NCBI GenBank assembly: GCA_027056465.1
Contig: JALUKS010000234.1
Span: 1-44,684 of the forward strand
DNA: 44,684 nt
Origin: Sulfurimonas sp.
GTDB taxonomy: Bacteria; Campylobacterota; Campylobacteria; Campylobacterales; Sulfurimonadaceae
Reading direction: 5' to 3'
Below, piece by piece: positions 18,269 to 29,070 of the stretch; position 1 is the first letter of the stretch, and every line of letters starts with the position of its first letter. The position numbers and the translations under genes are program-made. The notes beneath the pieces were generated by a model. It was not told the origin of the DNA. It was given only the letters and a program-made list of their open reading frames with translations, and did not search any database.

Positions 18269-19317
18269 TAGAGTGCCTTATAGTTATCAAGAACAGAAAA
18301 AATAAGCTCTTTGTCACATCTATCAGTTATTTTCACTCCACCAATACCTACGGGAATGATAAAAGTTATAGTCGCATCTGAACTTTTCTTATCTAAGAAA
18401 AAAGTCTCATAAAAAGAGTCACTATCGGCAATAGTATAAGTTGTTGGAAGTGCATACTTCTCTAAAAATCTTTTGATACGTTCTGCCTCATCTCGACTCA
18501 TGAGACCCATAGCAACAGAAGTCTCATTTGCCATAACCATACCAATAGCTACAGCTTCTCCATGCAAGTAGCGTTTATACTTTGTCTCATTTTCGATGAC
18601 ATGTCCAAAAGTATGCCCATAATTAAGAGCTGCACGAATGCCCTGCTCTTTTTCATCTTGAGCCACAACATTTGCTTTTGTCTGCACTGCTTGTTTTATC
18701 GCCTCTTGCAGTACCTCTGGATTTTTCAAATCAGCACTCTCTAAGAACTCAAAAAACTCTTTGTTAAAAGTTATCGCCATTTTCACTATCTCTGCTACAC
18801 CTGCACTAAACTCACGAGTAGGAAGTGTAGTCAAAAAGTAAGGGTCGATAAGCACAGCCTTTGGCTGGTGAAACGCACCTATGAGATTTTTTCCGTAGCT
18901 ATTGTTCATCCCTGTTTTACCACCTACACTCGCATCTACTTGAGAGAGAAGTGTAGTAGGAATTTGTGTAAAGCTGATACCACGTTGGTAAATGCTCGCC
19001 ACATATCCTGTCATATCACCGATAACACCACCACCAAATGCGATAAGCATTGATTTACGGTTAAACTTATGGTTAAAAAGAGACTCTAATATCAAATCAA
19101 CTGATTCCTGATTTTTATACTCTTCACCATCAGGAACGGTAATGATGTAAAGCTCTTTTGCTGTTACTTTTGAAAGTAGATAGCCTAAATGTAAGCCAGC
19201 AACTTTTGGGTTCGTAATTATAGCTACTTTGGTGTCAAAGTGAACAGGTTTAATAGTGTCAATAGTGATGTCATATGAGTTGTCAATAACTTGTTTGAGA
19301 GGAATGTTTACTTTCAT
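18268..19317 (-). CDS. aroB: 3-dehydroquinate synthase
   Basis: GGGVIGD, PTTLLSQVDASVGGKTG, LNYGHTFGH, HGEAVAIG. Confidence 0.98.
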   Translation of the reverse strand: MKVNIPLKQVIDNSYDITIDTIKPVHFDTKVAIITNPKVAGLHLGYLLSKVTAKELYIITVPDGEEYKNQESVDLILESLFNHKFNRKSMLIAFGGGVIGDMTGYVASIYQRGISFTQIPTTLLSQVDASVGGKTGMNNSYGKNLIGAFHQPKAVLIDPYFLTTLPTREFSAGVAEIVKMAITFNKEFFEFLESADLKNPEVLQEAIKQAVQTKANVVAQDEKEQGIRAALNYGHTFGHVIENETKYKRYLHGEAVAIGMVMANETSVAMGLMSRDEAERIKRFLEKYALPTTYTIADSDSFYETFFLDKKSSDATITFIIPVGIGGVKITDRCDKELIFSVLDNYKAL

Positions 19318-19377
19318 TGTCTATCCAAATTTATAATATAAAAGATAATACTTAATTTTTGCTAAGAATACAATAAA

Positions 19378-20784
19378 TTAGAGCTGTACAGGTATGAAAA
19401 TTTGATGATACTCATCAAGTTTGTAGTAAAGCTTCTCACTATCTGTAGAAAAGAGGGAATATAAATGCCTTGTGGTAAGTTTTTTCGTAAATGGTAAAAG
19501 TTGTATGAAATTCTCTTTTTGTTTCAGTTTAAAAATAGGATTTTCTTGTGCTTTAACTACTTTGATATTTTTAGAAAAGATAGTTGCAAGATTAGAATAA
19601 TGTTCAAGTACTTGCTCTTTTTCATCTTGATGCTCTTGCATGTAGTTATAAATTTCTATGTTAAAGTTCATCTGCTCTGAAATATCAAAGATTGTAGCAG
19701 ATATTTTTTCTAAATCTCTATTGTTAGCAAGTATCATTCCTGCATCTTTAAGTGTAGAAAATCGTTTCTCTGAGAGTTTTAGTACTGGTACATGTGCCTC
19801 ATACATCGCTTTTCTGACATAACAGTCACTAAACATCTCTTTAGTAATGATTACTAGACCAATATGATATGCTTTTATATCTTTGAGAAAATTTTCTTTT
19901 AAATCATTACTGTCATAGTCAATATCAACTGTAATATTAAGATCTCTCAAACTTTTAACATACTGTAGAATGTCTATATCTGAAGGATTTGTCACTTTAA
20001 TTACAAGCTTATGCTTAAACTTTTTATGCACAAATGTAGCTCGTCGTATAGCTTCTTTTATCGTTATTTTATTGACAATGTCCATATCTATATAGAGCAA
20101 AAGATTTGTTCCAAAAGGTTCAGGAAACTGTCCTAGTTCTTGTTTAATAGAACGATACACAGACTTAAGTACAACAGGATCACCTACTAAAACTAAAAGA
20201 TCATTTGGTTGAATCATTCTTCTTCGTGAGGGCATAATAAGTTTACGATTCCTATAAATAGCAACTATTTGCCAATTATTCTGTTCAATTGCTCCAAGAT
20301 GCTTATAAATAAAAGAACTACCAAAGGGTACTAAAACTTCCATTATCTCACCCTCACCTATTCCAACATTCTGTGCAATAACAGGAACATTAGGGAGATA
20401 ATCTAGTAAACGTGAAGCAATTAATTCATTTGTATTTACAAGTTCTATATTAGCATCTTCATTTGTGAGTTTACCATTGTTTAGCACTATAATACGAAGA
20501 TGTTTTTTTATAGTTCTAATATTTTTAATAGTGTTCTCAATCTCAATAGGAGAGTCCATCGCTATTATCACTTCAATAAATTCCATTTTAAGTAAATTAG
20601 CTAGCTTATAAAGGCTAGTAGGATCAAACTCATAAAATTTGAATCGTGCTGGATTTATATCTAAAAACTCTACTGCTTTTGTCTGCACAACATAGTAAAT
20701 GTTTTCACTTGTGTATGTCTCATTTACACGTCTTATAAAGTGTGTTCCAACATCCCCATCGCTTATGATAAGTACTTTTTTCAT
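19378..20784 (-). CDS. TrkA-N/TrkA-C (RCK) domain protein, COG3400-like
   Basis: Rossmann-like N-terminus, FDPTS, GEGEIMEVLVPFGS, IVAIYRN...QPND.L.LVGDP. Confidence 0.8.
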   Translation of the reverse strand: MKKVLIISDGDVGTHFIRRVNETYTSENIYYVVQTKAVEFLDINPARFKFYEFDPTSLYKLANLLKMEFIEVIIAMDSPIEIENTIKNIRTIKKHLRIIVLNNGKLTNEDANIELVNTNELIASRLLDYLPNVPVIAQNVGIGEGEIMEVLVPFGSSFIYKHLGAIEQNNWQIVAIYRNRKLIMPSRRRMIQPNDLLVLVGDPVVLKSVYRSIKQELGQFPEPFGTNLLLYIDMDIVNKITIKEAIRRATFVHKKFKHKLVIKVTNPSDIDILQYVKSLRDLNITVDIDYDSNDLKENFLKDIKAYHIGLVIITKEMFSDCYVRKAMYEAHVPVLKLSEKRFSTLKDAGMILANNRDLEKISATIFDISEQMNFNIEIYNYMQEHQDEKEQVLEHYSNLATIFSKNIKVVKAQENPIFKLKQKENFIQLLPFTKKLTTRHLYSLFSTDSEKLYYKLDEYHQIFIPVQL

Positions 20785-21284
20785 TACTTACTTACCTGAG
20801 TACGACGAAGCACATCACAACTTTTCACCCAAAGCTCCTGCTTTGCAGGTTGCCAAAGTTTATTTACAAAAAAACCAGTAATCTTTATCCACTTACCGAC
20901 TCTCTGATTTGAGGTAAAAGAAGTCTTATCACTCCAAACTGCTATAGCAGAACCATTTATATGGTCATAAATTTTCACTTCACCATTGATACGAAAAGAG
21001 CTTGCTTTAAAGTAACTTATACTCTGTTCATCTTTATACTTTTTTTTCATTATTAGAGAAGGAAATTGATTATTGTCTTCTTTTGATTTTAACTTAGTAT
21101 TTAAAATTTTAATTTGATTATTTAAACTATCTATTTTCTTTTCAGAAAGGTTTAATTCTTTATGTAATTCTCTATTTTTACGATCTTTTATCTGTAAATC
21201 ATTCACTATTGAGTTTATTCTCTGTATCTCTCCTGCTTGTGCTATTAGAGATACGAGGAAAAATAGTGTAACTATTTGCTTCAT
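20784..21284 (-). CDS. hypothetical exported protein (coiled coil plus SH3-like C-terminus)
   Basis: Signal peptide ending AQA; WIKITG..LWVK beta-rich tail. Confidence 0.65.
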   Translation of the reverse strand: MKQIVTLFFLVSLIAQAGEIQRINSIVNDLQIKDRKNRELHKELNLSEKKIDSLNNQIKILNTKLKSKEDNNQFPSLIMKKKYKDEQSISYFKASSFRINGEVKIYDHINGSAIAVWSDKTSFTSNQRVGKWIKITGFFVNKLWQPAKQELWVKSCDVLRRTQVSK

Positions 21285-22396
21285 AATGAACCTTTTTTTA
21301 GTAATTTTACACCCATCTCTACATGATGTGTATAGGGAAATTGATCAAAGATTGCCATTTGAATTATATCATGTGTCTTTGAAAGTATATCTAGGTCTCG
21401 CACTAGTGTCTCAGGGTTACATGATATATAGACTATATGTTCATAACGCGAAGAGAAGAGGCAAGAGTCTTCATCCATACCACTTCTAGGAGGATCAACA
21501 AAGATACTTGTTATATCATAATTCTTCATATTGACATCTTTCATACGTCTATACTCACGAACACCATCTAATGCACCGACAAAGTCCTCAACATCCATAC
21601 GAAGAAACTCAATGTTTTCTACATTATTGAGTTGCATATTTGCTCTAGCTGCATTAATTGATGACTTAGATATTTCAGTAGCTAGCACTTTGTTAAAAAT
21701 CTTTGCAAAAGGGATAGTAAAGTTACCTGCACCACAATATAACTCTAATAAATCACCACTAGATTGTGCAAACTGCTCCATAGCCCATGTCACCATTTGC
21801 TCATTTACTCTTGCATTTGGTTGAGTAAAGCTATTTTCTATATGATGAAATTTATATTCACTCTCTTGTATTTTTAAAGACTCTGTGATATAGTCTTGCC
21901 CAATGATTACTTTTTGCTTACGACTTCGTCCTATAATATAGATACCAAGTGCTAAAGAGATTAACCTAGCTTTGGTTTCCCACTCACTATCAAGTCTTCT
22001 ATGGTAGAGCATTGAGATAACTATCTCTCCACTACTTGAACTTAAAAAATCTACACCAAAAAGTTTGAAGCCTATCTCATACTTCTCTATCTCTAATAAA
22101 AGTTTTGGCATTAAAGAGGCTATATGCTCATTAACTTGTGGACACTCCTCTACAAAGACAACACCATCTTTTGTAGCATTATTCATAGCATAGTGGATGT
22201 TATCACCATCGTGCCAAAGCTTAAACTCACTACGAGAACGATAGTGAGTATTTAATGAACGAAAAACGGAAATCTCCCCACTAAAAAACTTTGAAAATCT
22301 CTCCTCATTAAGAGCTACCTTATCCTCAAGTTGCCCTTCATAACCTTTATCAAAAACTACACAAGCACCACACTTGCCAAAATGTTTACAATCCAA
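21281..22396 (-). CDS. trmA: tRNA (uridine-54-C5)-methyltransferase
   Basis: ENSFTQPN, LLELYCGAGNF, FVDPPRSG, YISCNP, DQFPYTHHVE. Start reassigned to the TTG at 22396, which follows an AGGAGA RBS. Confidence 0.93.
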   Translation of the reverse strand: MDCKHFGKCGACVVFDKGYEGQLEDKVALNEERFSKFFSGEISVFRSLNTHYRSRSEFKLWHDGDNIHYAMNNATKDGVVFVEECPQVNEHIASLMPKLLLEIEKYEIGFKLFGVDFLSSSSGEIVISMLYHRRLDSEWETKARLISLALGIYIIGRSRKQKVIIGQDYITESLKIQESEYKFHHIENSFTQPNARVNEQMVTWAMEQFAQSSGDLLELYCGAGNFTIPFAKIFNKVLATEISKSSINAARANMQLNNVENIEFLRMDVEDFVGALDGVREYRRMKDVNMKNYDITSIFVDPPRSGMDEDSCLFSSRYEHIVYISCNPETLVRDLDILSKTHDIIQMAIFDQFPYTHHVEMGVKLLKKGSL

Positions 22397-22404
22397 ACTC
22401 TCTC

Positions 22405-23142
22405 CTATTTTATTGAGGCAATAAGGTTGCCAATAAGTAAATTCCACCCATCAATAAGAACAAATACTAATATCTTAAAGGGCAGAGAAATCATAACTGG
22501 AGGAAGCATCATCATACCCATCGACATAAGTATAGATGCTACAACCATATCTATCACTAAAAATGGTAAAAAGATAAGGAAACCTATCTCAAACGCTGTT
22601 TTCATCTCACTAATCACAAACGCAGGTATCACTATAGAGAGTGGCACATCTGCAACTGACTGAGGATTTTTCATTTTTCGTATGCGAAAGAAAAGTGCTA
22701 AATCTTTCTCTCTTGTATTTCTAATCATAAAACTTTTAAAGGGTAAAGCTGTTCTTGTAAAAGCCTCTTCATAACCTATTTTTTTCGCTATATAAGGTTT
22801 TATACCATTATCGTAGGCTTTTGTACCTACTGGCTCCATCACAAAAAATGTAAGTACCATCGCAAGCATCACTAAAAGCTGAGTAGGTGGAACTTGTTGT
22901 GTTCCCATAGCCTGACGTAAAAATCCAAACACTATAACAAAACGTGTAAATGTAGTCATAACCAAAACCATAGAAGGCGCTAAAAAAAGCAGTGTTAGTA
23001 CAACTAAAACATTAAGTGAAGAGACTAACTGTTTAGGATTATCTGGTGCAGCTAGATTAAAGTTCATAGTTGGGATAGTAACACTCTCTGCCCCAAAAAG
23101 AAGAGAACTCAAACCTATTAAAAGGAAAAGGTACTTTATCAT
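22405..23142 (-). CDS. fliP: flagellar export apparatus protein FliP
   Basis: TTFTRFVIV, RQAMGTQQVPP, PAFVISE, MGMMMLPP, FVLIDGW. Confidence 0.97.
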   Translation of the reverse strand: MIKYLFLLIGLSSLLFGAESVTIPTMNFNLAAPDNPKQLVSSLNVLVVLTLLFLAPSMVLVMTTFTRFVIVFGFLRQAMGTQQVPPTQLLVMLAMVLTFFVMEPVGTKAYDNGIKPYIAKKIGYEEAFTRTALPFKSFMIRNTREKDLALFFRIRKMKNPQSVADVPLSIVIPAFVISEMKTAFEIGFLIFLPFLVIDMVVASILMSMGMMMLPPVMISLPFKILVFVLIDGWNLLIGNLIASIK

Positions 23143-23915
23143 TATTTTACTGCTACCTTATCTAAGATGGATTTAGCAGTAGCCTTTTTATCTTTTTTTG
23201 TTCCATAAAAGTGCAACTCAACTCTTCTATTTTTTTCTCGTCCACTTTTTGTAACATTTGTAGCTACAGGATGATACTGTGCATATCCAGCAGCACTCAT
23301 TCTTGCTGGATCAACATTATCAAGTATAAGTTCATGAAGAACTGAAATAGCACGTGCTGTTGAGAGTTCCCAATTATCTTTGTAAATACTATTTGTACTT
23401 GGATTTATTGTATCTGTATACCCTTGAACACTTACCTGCATCTCCTTAGGTAACTCTTCAATAATAAGTGCAATTCTTTTTAAAAAGAGTAGAGCATCTT
23501 GATTCTCGATAGTGGCACTATCTGGTTTAAAAAGAAGTTCCGCAGGAAGAGCAATAACAAAGCCCTCTTGTGCTTCTTCTACAGTGATAGAGGGGCTGTC
23601 GCTCTTTTGCATCATCTCATTTGCATCACCTGCAGCTTGTTTCACACGATTGACTGTATCACTTGTCTCATCTTGAGAGTCAATAGGAGTAGACTCCTGC
23701 ATACGCTGAGAAGAGATTTCTGTTTTTGTTCCACCCTCAAGTACACTCATAGCACCAGAAAGAGAGCCAATGGCTTCTGAAACTTTTTTTGCATCCATAG
23801 AACTCATAGAGAGAAGGAGAACGAAGAAACAAAGAAGTAGAGACATGAGGTCTCCAAATGCAGCTAGCCACGCAGGAAGACACTCTTCACACTCCGGACA
23901 TTTTTTCTTAGCCAT
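23142..23915 (-). CDS. motB: flagellar stator B subunit (PomB-like)
   Basis: WLAAFGDLMSLLLCFFVLL TM helix with conserved Asp; OmpA-like domain (GYTD, NWELSTARA, NRRVE). Confidence 0.93.
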   Translation of the reverse strand: MAKKKCPECEECLPAWLAAFGDLMSLLLCFFVLLLSMSSMDAKKVSEAIGSLSGAMSVLEGGTKTEISSQRMQESTPIDSQDETSDTVNRVKQAAGDANEMMQKSDSPSITVEEAQEGFVIALPAELLFKPDSATIENQDALLFLKRIALIIEELPKEMQVSVQGYTDTINPSTNSIYKDNWELSTARAISVLHELILDNVDPARMSAAGYAQYHPVATNVTKSGREKNRRVELHFYGTKKDKKATAKSILDKVAVK

Positions 23916-23926
23916 TACAAAGTTCC

Positions 23927-24691
23927 TTAGTCAAACTGACTAACACGATCACTCGGCGTTAGGTATGCTAAAAGTTTCGCTTCAAGTACACGAGGTGCAT
24001 CACCAGACTGAATAGACATAATACCAGTTACAATCATCTCTTTAAGCATATTTTCATCATTATTTCTAATTGTTAAAATATTATAGATTGGTGTACCAAA
24101 AACATTTCCAATAATTGCACCATACATGGTGGTAAGAAGTGCAACTGCCATAGAGGGTCCAATAGCTGAAGGATCAGCCATATTTAAAAGCATCGCAACA
24201 AGTCCAATTAGTGTTCCAACCATACCCATAGCTCCAGCCAAACCAGCCCACTGATTAAAGATAGAGCCATGAATAGTATGTCTCGCACTTGTCTGTTCCA
24301 TTTCTATCTCTAAAAGGTCACGAATAGTGTCGGGCTCACTTCCATCGATTGCCATGGAAAGACCTTTTTTTAAGAAATCATTCTCTTCATTGTTTACTTC
24401 GCTCTCTAAAGCTAAGATACCATCTTTTCTAGCTTTACCAGCAAACTCTACAAGTTTTTTAATAAGCTCTGCAGGATCTTCTTCTCCCGGTTTAATCGCT
24501 TTCATAAAAATCTTAGTAAAGGCTTTCATCTGTTTCGGTTTAAAGGAGATCATCAATGCCCCAATACTACCACCAACAACAATCAAAACTGAAGGAATAT
24601 CAATATAGGCACCAACTCCAACACCCATAGTCATAGATCCAAGGAGAAGAACCATAATTAAAACAATACCAATGACCGTACCTAAATCCAT
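23927..24691 (-). CDS. motA: flagellar stator A subunit (PomA-like)
   Basis: ARKDGILALE, GMVGTLIGL, GPSMAVALLTTMYG. Confidence 0.95.
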   Translation of the reverse strand: MDLGTVIGIVLIMVLLLGSMTMGVGVGAYIDIPSVLIVVGGSIGALMISFKPKQMKAFTKIFMKAIKPGEEDPAELIKKLVEFAGKARKDGILALESEVNNEENDFLKKGLSMAIDGSEPDTIRDLLEIEMEQTSARHTIHGSIFNQWAGLAGAMGMVGTLIGLVAMLLNMADPSAIGPSMAVALLTTMYGAIIGNVFGTPIYNILTIRNNDENMLKEMIVTGIMSIQSGDAPRVLEAKLLAYLTPSDRVSQFD

Positions 24692-24837
24692 TTAAAAACC
24701 TTATGCAAAATAATTTGTTTCTTATAATACCACAAAAATAGTTAGGATAAAGTAATCTCATTATAATTTTATAATCTTTCTCGAAAAAAAATACAAAAGT
24801 TCATTTTGTTAATCTACTTTTGCTAAAATAGTAGTTC

Positions 24838-25743
24838 ATGAAAAACATTATCAAATTATTACTTACTATTGTTATCTTTTATTACTTGTTTCAACGGGTA
24901 GACTTTTACACACTCTTTGACCTTCTTACAAACAGTCATCCTGGTTGGGTTCTTGTTGCACTTATTATGCAGTTAACTTCTACTTTTATAGCTGCATTTA
25001 GATGGTTTCAAATTTCTCAACTGCTTGTTTTTAGAGAAAATTTTCTTTTTTATGTCCGTAGCTACTTTAAGGGTTCTTTTTTTAACCAACTCCTCCCCTC
25101 TAGTATAGGTGGTGATGCAGTACGCATTTTAGACTTAACACATAAAAAGTATGATAAGAAAGAGGCATTTTATGGTGTTTTTGTTGATCGTGTTGTTGGG
25201 CTTGTTGGACTTCTCGCTCTCAACCTTATCGCTTCTATCCTCTTCTTTGGCACTTTTAATAAAGATTTTTCACTCCTCATCATTGGAATTTCTTCATCTA
25301 GTATTTTAGGATTTACAGTACTCTTTCATCTCCATCGCCTAACATTTCTTGAAAAATACAAATTTTTAAATCTTTTTGTGCGTTTAGCAAATAGACTAAA
25401 CACTTTATACAGTTCAAAACAGTTGCTTATAAAACATATAGCCATCTCTATTATTGTCCACCTTTTCTCTGTTCTTACTATGTATAGCCTTTCTCTTTCC
25501 TTGAATATAGGACTTAGTTTTCAGACTATGCTCATCGCTGTGCCTCCTGTTTTTCTACTCACTATCGTACCCATTTCTTTAGCTGGTTGGGGAATTAGAG
25601 AGGGTGCTATGGTAGGAATATTTATGCTCGTTGGAGCAGATCAGACTAAAGTTCTTACTATGAGTATATTATATGGTTTGCTCCTTATTGTAAGCGCACT
25701 CCCCGGATCTTACTTCTGGATAAAAAGTAAACAAGTCACTTAA
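24838..25743 (+). CDS. lysylphosphatidylglycerol-synthase TM-domain / flippase-like protein (UPF0104)
   Basis: FRW, FFNQLLPSSIGGDAVR, VDR, PISLAGWGIREG; polytopic. Confidence 0.88.
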   Translation: MKNIIKLLLTIVIFYYLFQRVDFYTLFDLLTNSHPGWVLVALIMQLTSTFIAAFRWFQISQLLVFRENFLFYVRSYFKGSFFNQLLPSSIGGDAVRILDLTHKKYDKKEAFYGVFVDRVVGLVGLLALNLIASILFFGTFNKDFSLLIIGISSSSILGFTVLFHLHRLTFLEKYKFLNLFVRLANRLNTLYSSKQLLIKHIAISIIVHLFSVLTMYSLSLSLNIGLSFQTMLIAVPPVFLLTIVPISLAGWGIREGAMVGIFMLVGADQTKVLTMSILYGLLLIVSALPGSYFWIKSKQVT

Positions 25744-25752
25744 AGGATAAAA

Positions 25753-26973
25753 ATGAATGTAGATACTATGAGAAATATCGACTATTTTGCTGGAGTACCT
25801 CTTGCATTTGGTGCGACAATCGCAAAAAAAGGTTTAGATTTCTTTCTGCCACCAATGAAGAAAAAAGCAAAAAATGTACTCCTTATCGAACTCTCTGAGA
25901 TGGGAAGTGCTATCCTTGTTGATCCTGCTATGCGCAAACTCAAAGCCAACATTGAGGGAGAACTCTACTTTGTTATCTTTTCAAAAAACAAGGCATCTTT
26001 ACAACTCTTAGGCACTGTAAAAGAGGAGAATATCTACACGATAGATGAGGATGGGCTTACAAATATAGCGACTTCTACACTTAAATTTTTTCAGTGGTGT
26101 AGAGATAGAGAGATAGATTCTGTTATAGACCTTGAACTTTTCTCGCGTTTTACTGCTCTTTTAACTGTAGGAAGTGGCGCTGTAAATCGTGTAGGCTTTC
26201 ACGCATTTCACAATGAAGGACTCTATAGAGGAGACCTACTCACCCATAAAGTAGCTTATAATGCTCATCAACATATCGCAAAGAACTTTATCGCTCTTGT
26301 TGATGCCCTACTCTCTGAAAATCAAGAGTTACCCTACCTGAAACGTATCATCAAAGATGAAGAGATTAAGATTGCAAAAGCGACTATCTGTGAAGAGGAA
26401 CAAGCTTCAATCATCGTTACAGTTTCTCAAATGTATGAGGGCTTCAACAGAGAAAAAAATCATATAGTTTTAGTAAACTCAAATGCTTCAGATTTACTGC
26501 CACAACGTAGATGGGATAGAGAAAACTATGGTGAAGTTATCAAGATGATACTCTCTGCAAATGAGAATGTCATAGTTCTTCTTACAGGCGCACCATCTGA
26601 AAAAGAGGGGGCGGGGCTTCTTGCAAACTATGTCAATAATAAACGCTGTATCAACTTTGCTGGGGCTGTGAAGTTTTTGGAGCTTCCTGCTCTCTACTCA
26701 CTGAGTGCTTTTATGCTCACAAATGACTCTGGACCTGCACACTTTGCCTCTATTACCGATATGCACACTTTTGTGATATTTGGTCCTGAAACACCTGCTC
26801 TCTATGGTTCACTAGGGGCTACTACTCCTATCTACTCTGCGATGAGCTGTTCTCCTTGTGTCAGTGCTTCAAACCATAGAAAAACGCCATGTAGAGACAA
26901 CCAATGTATCAAAATCATCACACCCGATTGGGTATTTAACACATTAAAGTTTAAACTCGATGCACTTAACTAG
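25753..26973 (+). CDS. glycosyltransferase family 9 (LPS heptosyltransferase-like)
   Basis: LLIELSEMGS, RRW, TNDSGPAHFA, IFGP, CSPC...C..C. Confidence 0.88.
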   Translation: MNVDTMRNIDYFAGVPLAFGATIAKKGLDFFLPPMKKKAKNVLLIELSEMGSAILVDPAMRKLKANIEGELYFVIFSKNKASLQLLGTVKEENIYTIDEDGLTNIATSTLKFFQWCRDREIDSVIDLELFSRFTALLTVGSGAVNRVGFHAFHNEGLYRGDLLTHKVAYNAHQHIAKNFIALVDALLSENQELPYLKRIIKDEEIKIAKATICEEEQASIIVTVSQMYEGFNREKNHIVLVNSNASDLLPQRRWDRENYGEVIKMILSANENVIVLLTGAPSEKEGAGLLANYVNNKRCINFAGAVKFLELPALYSLSAFMLTNDSGPAHFASITDMHTFVIFGPETPALYGSLGATTPIYSAMSCSPCVSASNHRKTPCRDNQCIKIITPDWVFNTLKFKLDALN

Positions 26974-28390
26974 TAGGGAACACTACCCCTTTTGGCTCTT
27001 CATCACTGCTGTTGCAGTGATAAGACTCCTTTTAGCACCTCATGTTGGTCTTGGTGTCGATGAAGCACACTATGTACTCTATGCTCTACATCTTGACTTA
27101 AGCTATTTTGATCATCCTCCTTTAGTTGGTTGGGTGCAGTTTCTCTTTACTTCTATCTTTGGAACAGGAGAATTTGGTGCTAGAGTATCAGCTATTCTCA
27201 TTGGTTTTGTAGTCTCTATCTTTATCTATAGACTCACTTATGAGATAAATCATAAAGTAAAAGAGGCTTTTTTCGCCGTACTTGCACTCCATGGGGCTTT
27301 TATGTTTAATGCTCTTTTTGTGATGCTGATGCCAGATACCCTCCTCTTTCTACTTATCATTCCTATCATTTTTAGTCTGCTCAAAGTAGAAAGAGATGGC
27401 TCACTGCAATCATGGTTACTTTTAGGTCTGCTTCTAGGTTTAGCAGGTCTTTCAAAATATACTGCTGTTCTGTTTGTGCCACCTATCATTCTCTATCTCC
27501 TCTTCAAAAAACGCTACGAGTTGTTCTACTCGCCTAAACTTCTCTTCGCTATTGGTGTGGCTCTTGTTGTTGTCTCTCCTGTCATTATTTGGAATATGCA
27601 AAATGATTGGATAAGCTTCACTTACCAGAGTCAGCATGTAGTTGGTGCTAAACATATCGTATGGAAAGGCTTTTTTAAGTCTATTACTTCACAATTTTTT
27701 GCCTATAACCCTTTTCTTATGCCTATTGCGTTTTATGGTCTCTACAAAAGTTTTAGAAGTAAAAATGATTTACTTATTTTAAGTGCTTTTTTTGGTTTGG
27801 TACTTATCAGTTTCTTCACTTATGCCTCACTCTACAAAACTGCACTCCCTCACTGGTCTGCACTCTTTTATCTTCTTTTTATCCCTATTGGAAGTGTTTA
27901 CTTTTTACAAGTCTCTAAAAAGTTTATCATTTTTGCTGTGGGTATAGGTCTGATTATTGGAGCTTTTGCATATCTTGAACTAGGTTTTAAAATAATAACA
28001 TTTCCAAAATATAAGTCTATTCACAGAGATATTTATGGATTTGACACAATTATGAAAAAAGCAAATGCAGAGATAAAAGATAACACTAAAGAGGTTTTAG
28101 GAGTAACCAACTGGACATTTGCATCACGTGCTATGTACTACGATAGAAACTATCCTTCTAAAGTTTATCTTATAGATAAACGCTATGATCAATTTGATTT
28201 ATGGGAAAAGAGTATGCCTATAGGAAAAGATGTAATCTTTATAAATACTCACTTCTTCCACAAAGACATAGCAAAAACAATGCGGTGTAATGCCGTAAGT
28301 AAGCTCTCCTCCTTTGACCTAAAAATCAATGGTAGCATAGAAAATAGTATTGAGTTTGTTCTCTGTAGTAACTTTCAAGGAATGAAATGA
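26960..28390 (+). CDS. ArnT/PMT_2-family (GT-C) lipid-linked-sugar transferase
   Basis: DEAHY, SYFDHPPLV, MPD, GLSKYTA, IIWN; many TM helices. Confidence 0.88.
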   Translation: MHLTSREHYPFWLFITAVAVIRLLLAPHVGLGVDEAHYVLYALHLDLSYFDHPPLVGWVQFLFTSIFGTGEFGARVSAILIGFVVSIFIYRLTYEINHKVKEAFFAVLALHGAFMFNALFVMLMPDTLLFLLIIPIIFSLLKVERDGSLQSWLLLGLLLGLAGLSKYTAVLFVPPIILYLLFKKRYELFYSPKLLFAIGVALVVVSPVIIWNMQNDWISFTYQSQHVVGAKHIVWKGFFKSITSQFFAYNPFLMPIAFYGLYKSFRSKNDLLILSAFFGLVLISFFTYASLYKTALPHWSALFYLLFIPIGSVYFLQVSKKFIIFAVGIGLIIGAFAYLELGFKIITFPKYKSIHRDIYGFDTIMKKANAEIKDNTKEVLGVTNWTFASRAMYYDRNYPSKVYLIDKRYDQFDLWEKSMPIGKDVIFINTHFFHKDIAKTMRCNAVSKLSSFDLKINGSIENSIEFVLCSNFQGMK

Positions 28391-29061
28391 TTTTTTCTAA
28401 AAAACAATTTATAGTTTTTAGTACTTCTATACTTATATTTATAATCCTATCTTATAATTTTTTGGATTTAGGTATTGCACACTATTTTCTAAATCATGCT
28501 GATAGATATAGAACCCTTGGAAAAGAGCTAAGCAGAGCTGGTGAATCACAATGGTACTTTATTATTGCGATACTAGGAGCGCTCTATTTTCATTTCATCA
28601 AAAAAAACACTCTCTATTTAAATAGATTTCTCTTTTTACTCTATGCAAATATTTTTTCTGGACTTACTAGCCTCATCTTGAAATCTTTGTTTGGACGACT
28701 TCGTCCAAGAATGTTAGATCAAGAGGGTATGCACTATGGCTTTTCTCTTTTTAAAGACTTTAGTTCACACTCTTTTGAGCAAGTACAACTTCACCTCGCT
28801 CATCTTGCTCACTCGTTTTCAAATTATACCTCTTTTCCATCAGGACATTCGACAACTACATTCACGATATTTACTTATCTCGCACTTCTCTTTCCAAAGT
28901 ATAGCTATCTTTGGCTCATGATTGCCGTTCTAGTAGCTGGTGGCAGAGTTATAGCGACTGCACACTATCTAAGTGATGTTGTTGCAGGGGCTACTCTTGG
29001 TATAATTACAACACTCTATATCTATAAAAAAATGAAACACAAACTTCAAACCACAAAATAA
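28387..29061 (+). CDS. PAP2-family membrane phosphatase (LpxE-like or carrier-lipid phosphatase)
   Basis: KSLFGRLRP, SFPSGH, RVIATAHYLSDV. Confidence 0.88.
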   Translation: MIFSKKQFIVFSTSILIFIILSYNFLDLGIAHYFLNHADRYRTLGKELSRAGESQWYFIIAILGALYFHFIKKNTLYLNRFLFLLYANIFSGLTSLILKSLFGRLRPRMLDQEGMHYGFSLFKDFSSHSFEQVQLHLAHLAHSFSNYTSFPSGHSTTTFTIFTYLALLFPKYSYLWLMIAVLVAGGRVIATAHYLSDVVAGATLGIITTLYIYKKMKHKLQTTK

Positions 29062-29070
29062 AGGAAAAAC

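Noticed and set aside
22397-22447. N-terminal extension of trmA in the ORF track
   Set aside because: Overlaps the fliP 3' end; the TTG at 22396 has a good AGGAGA RBS
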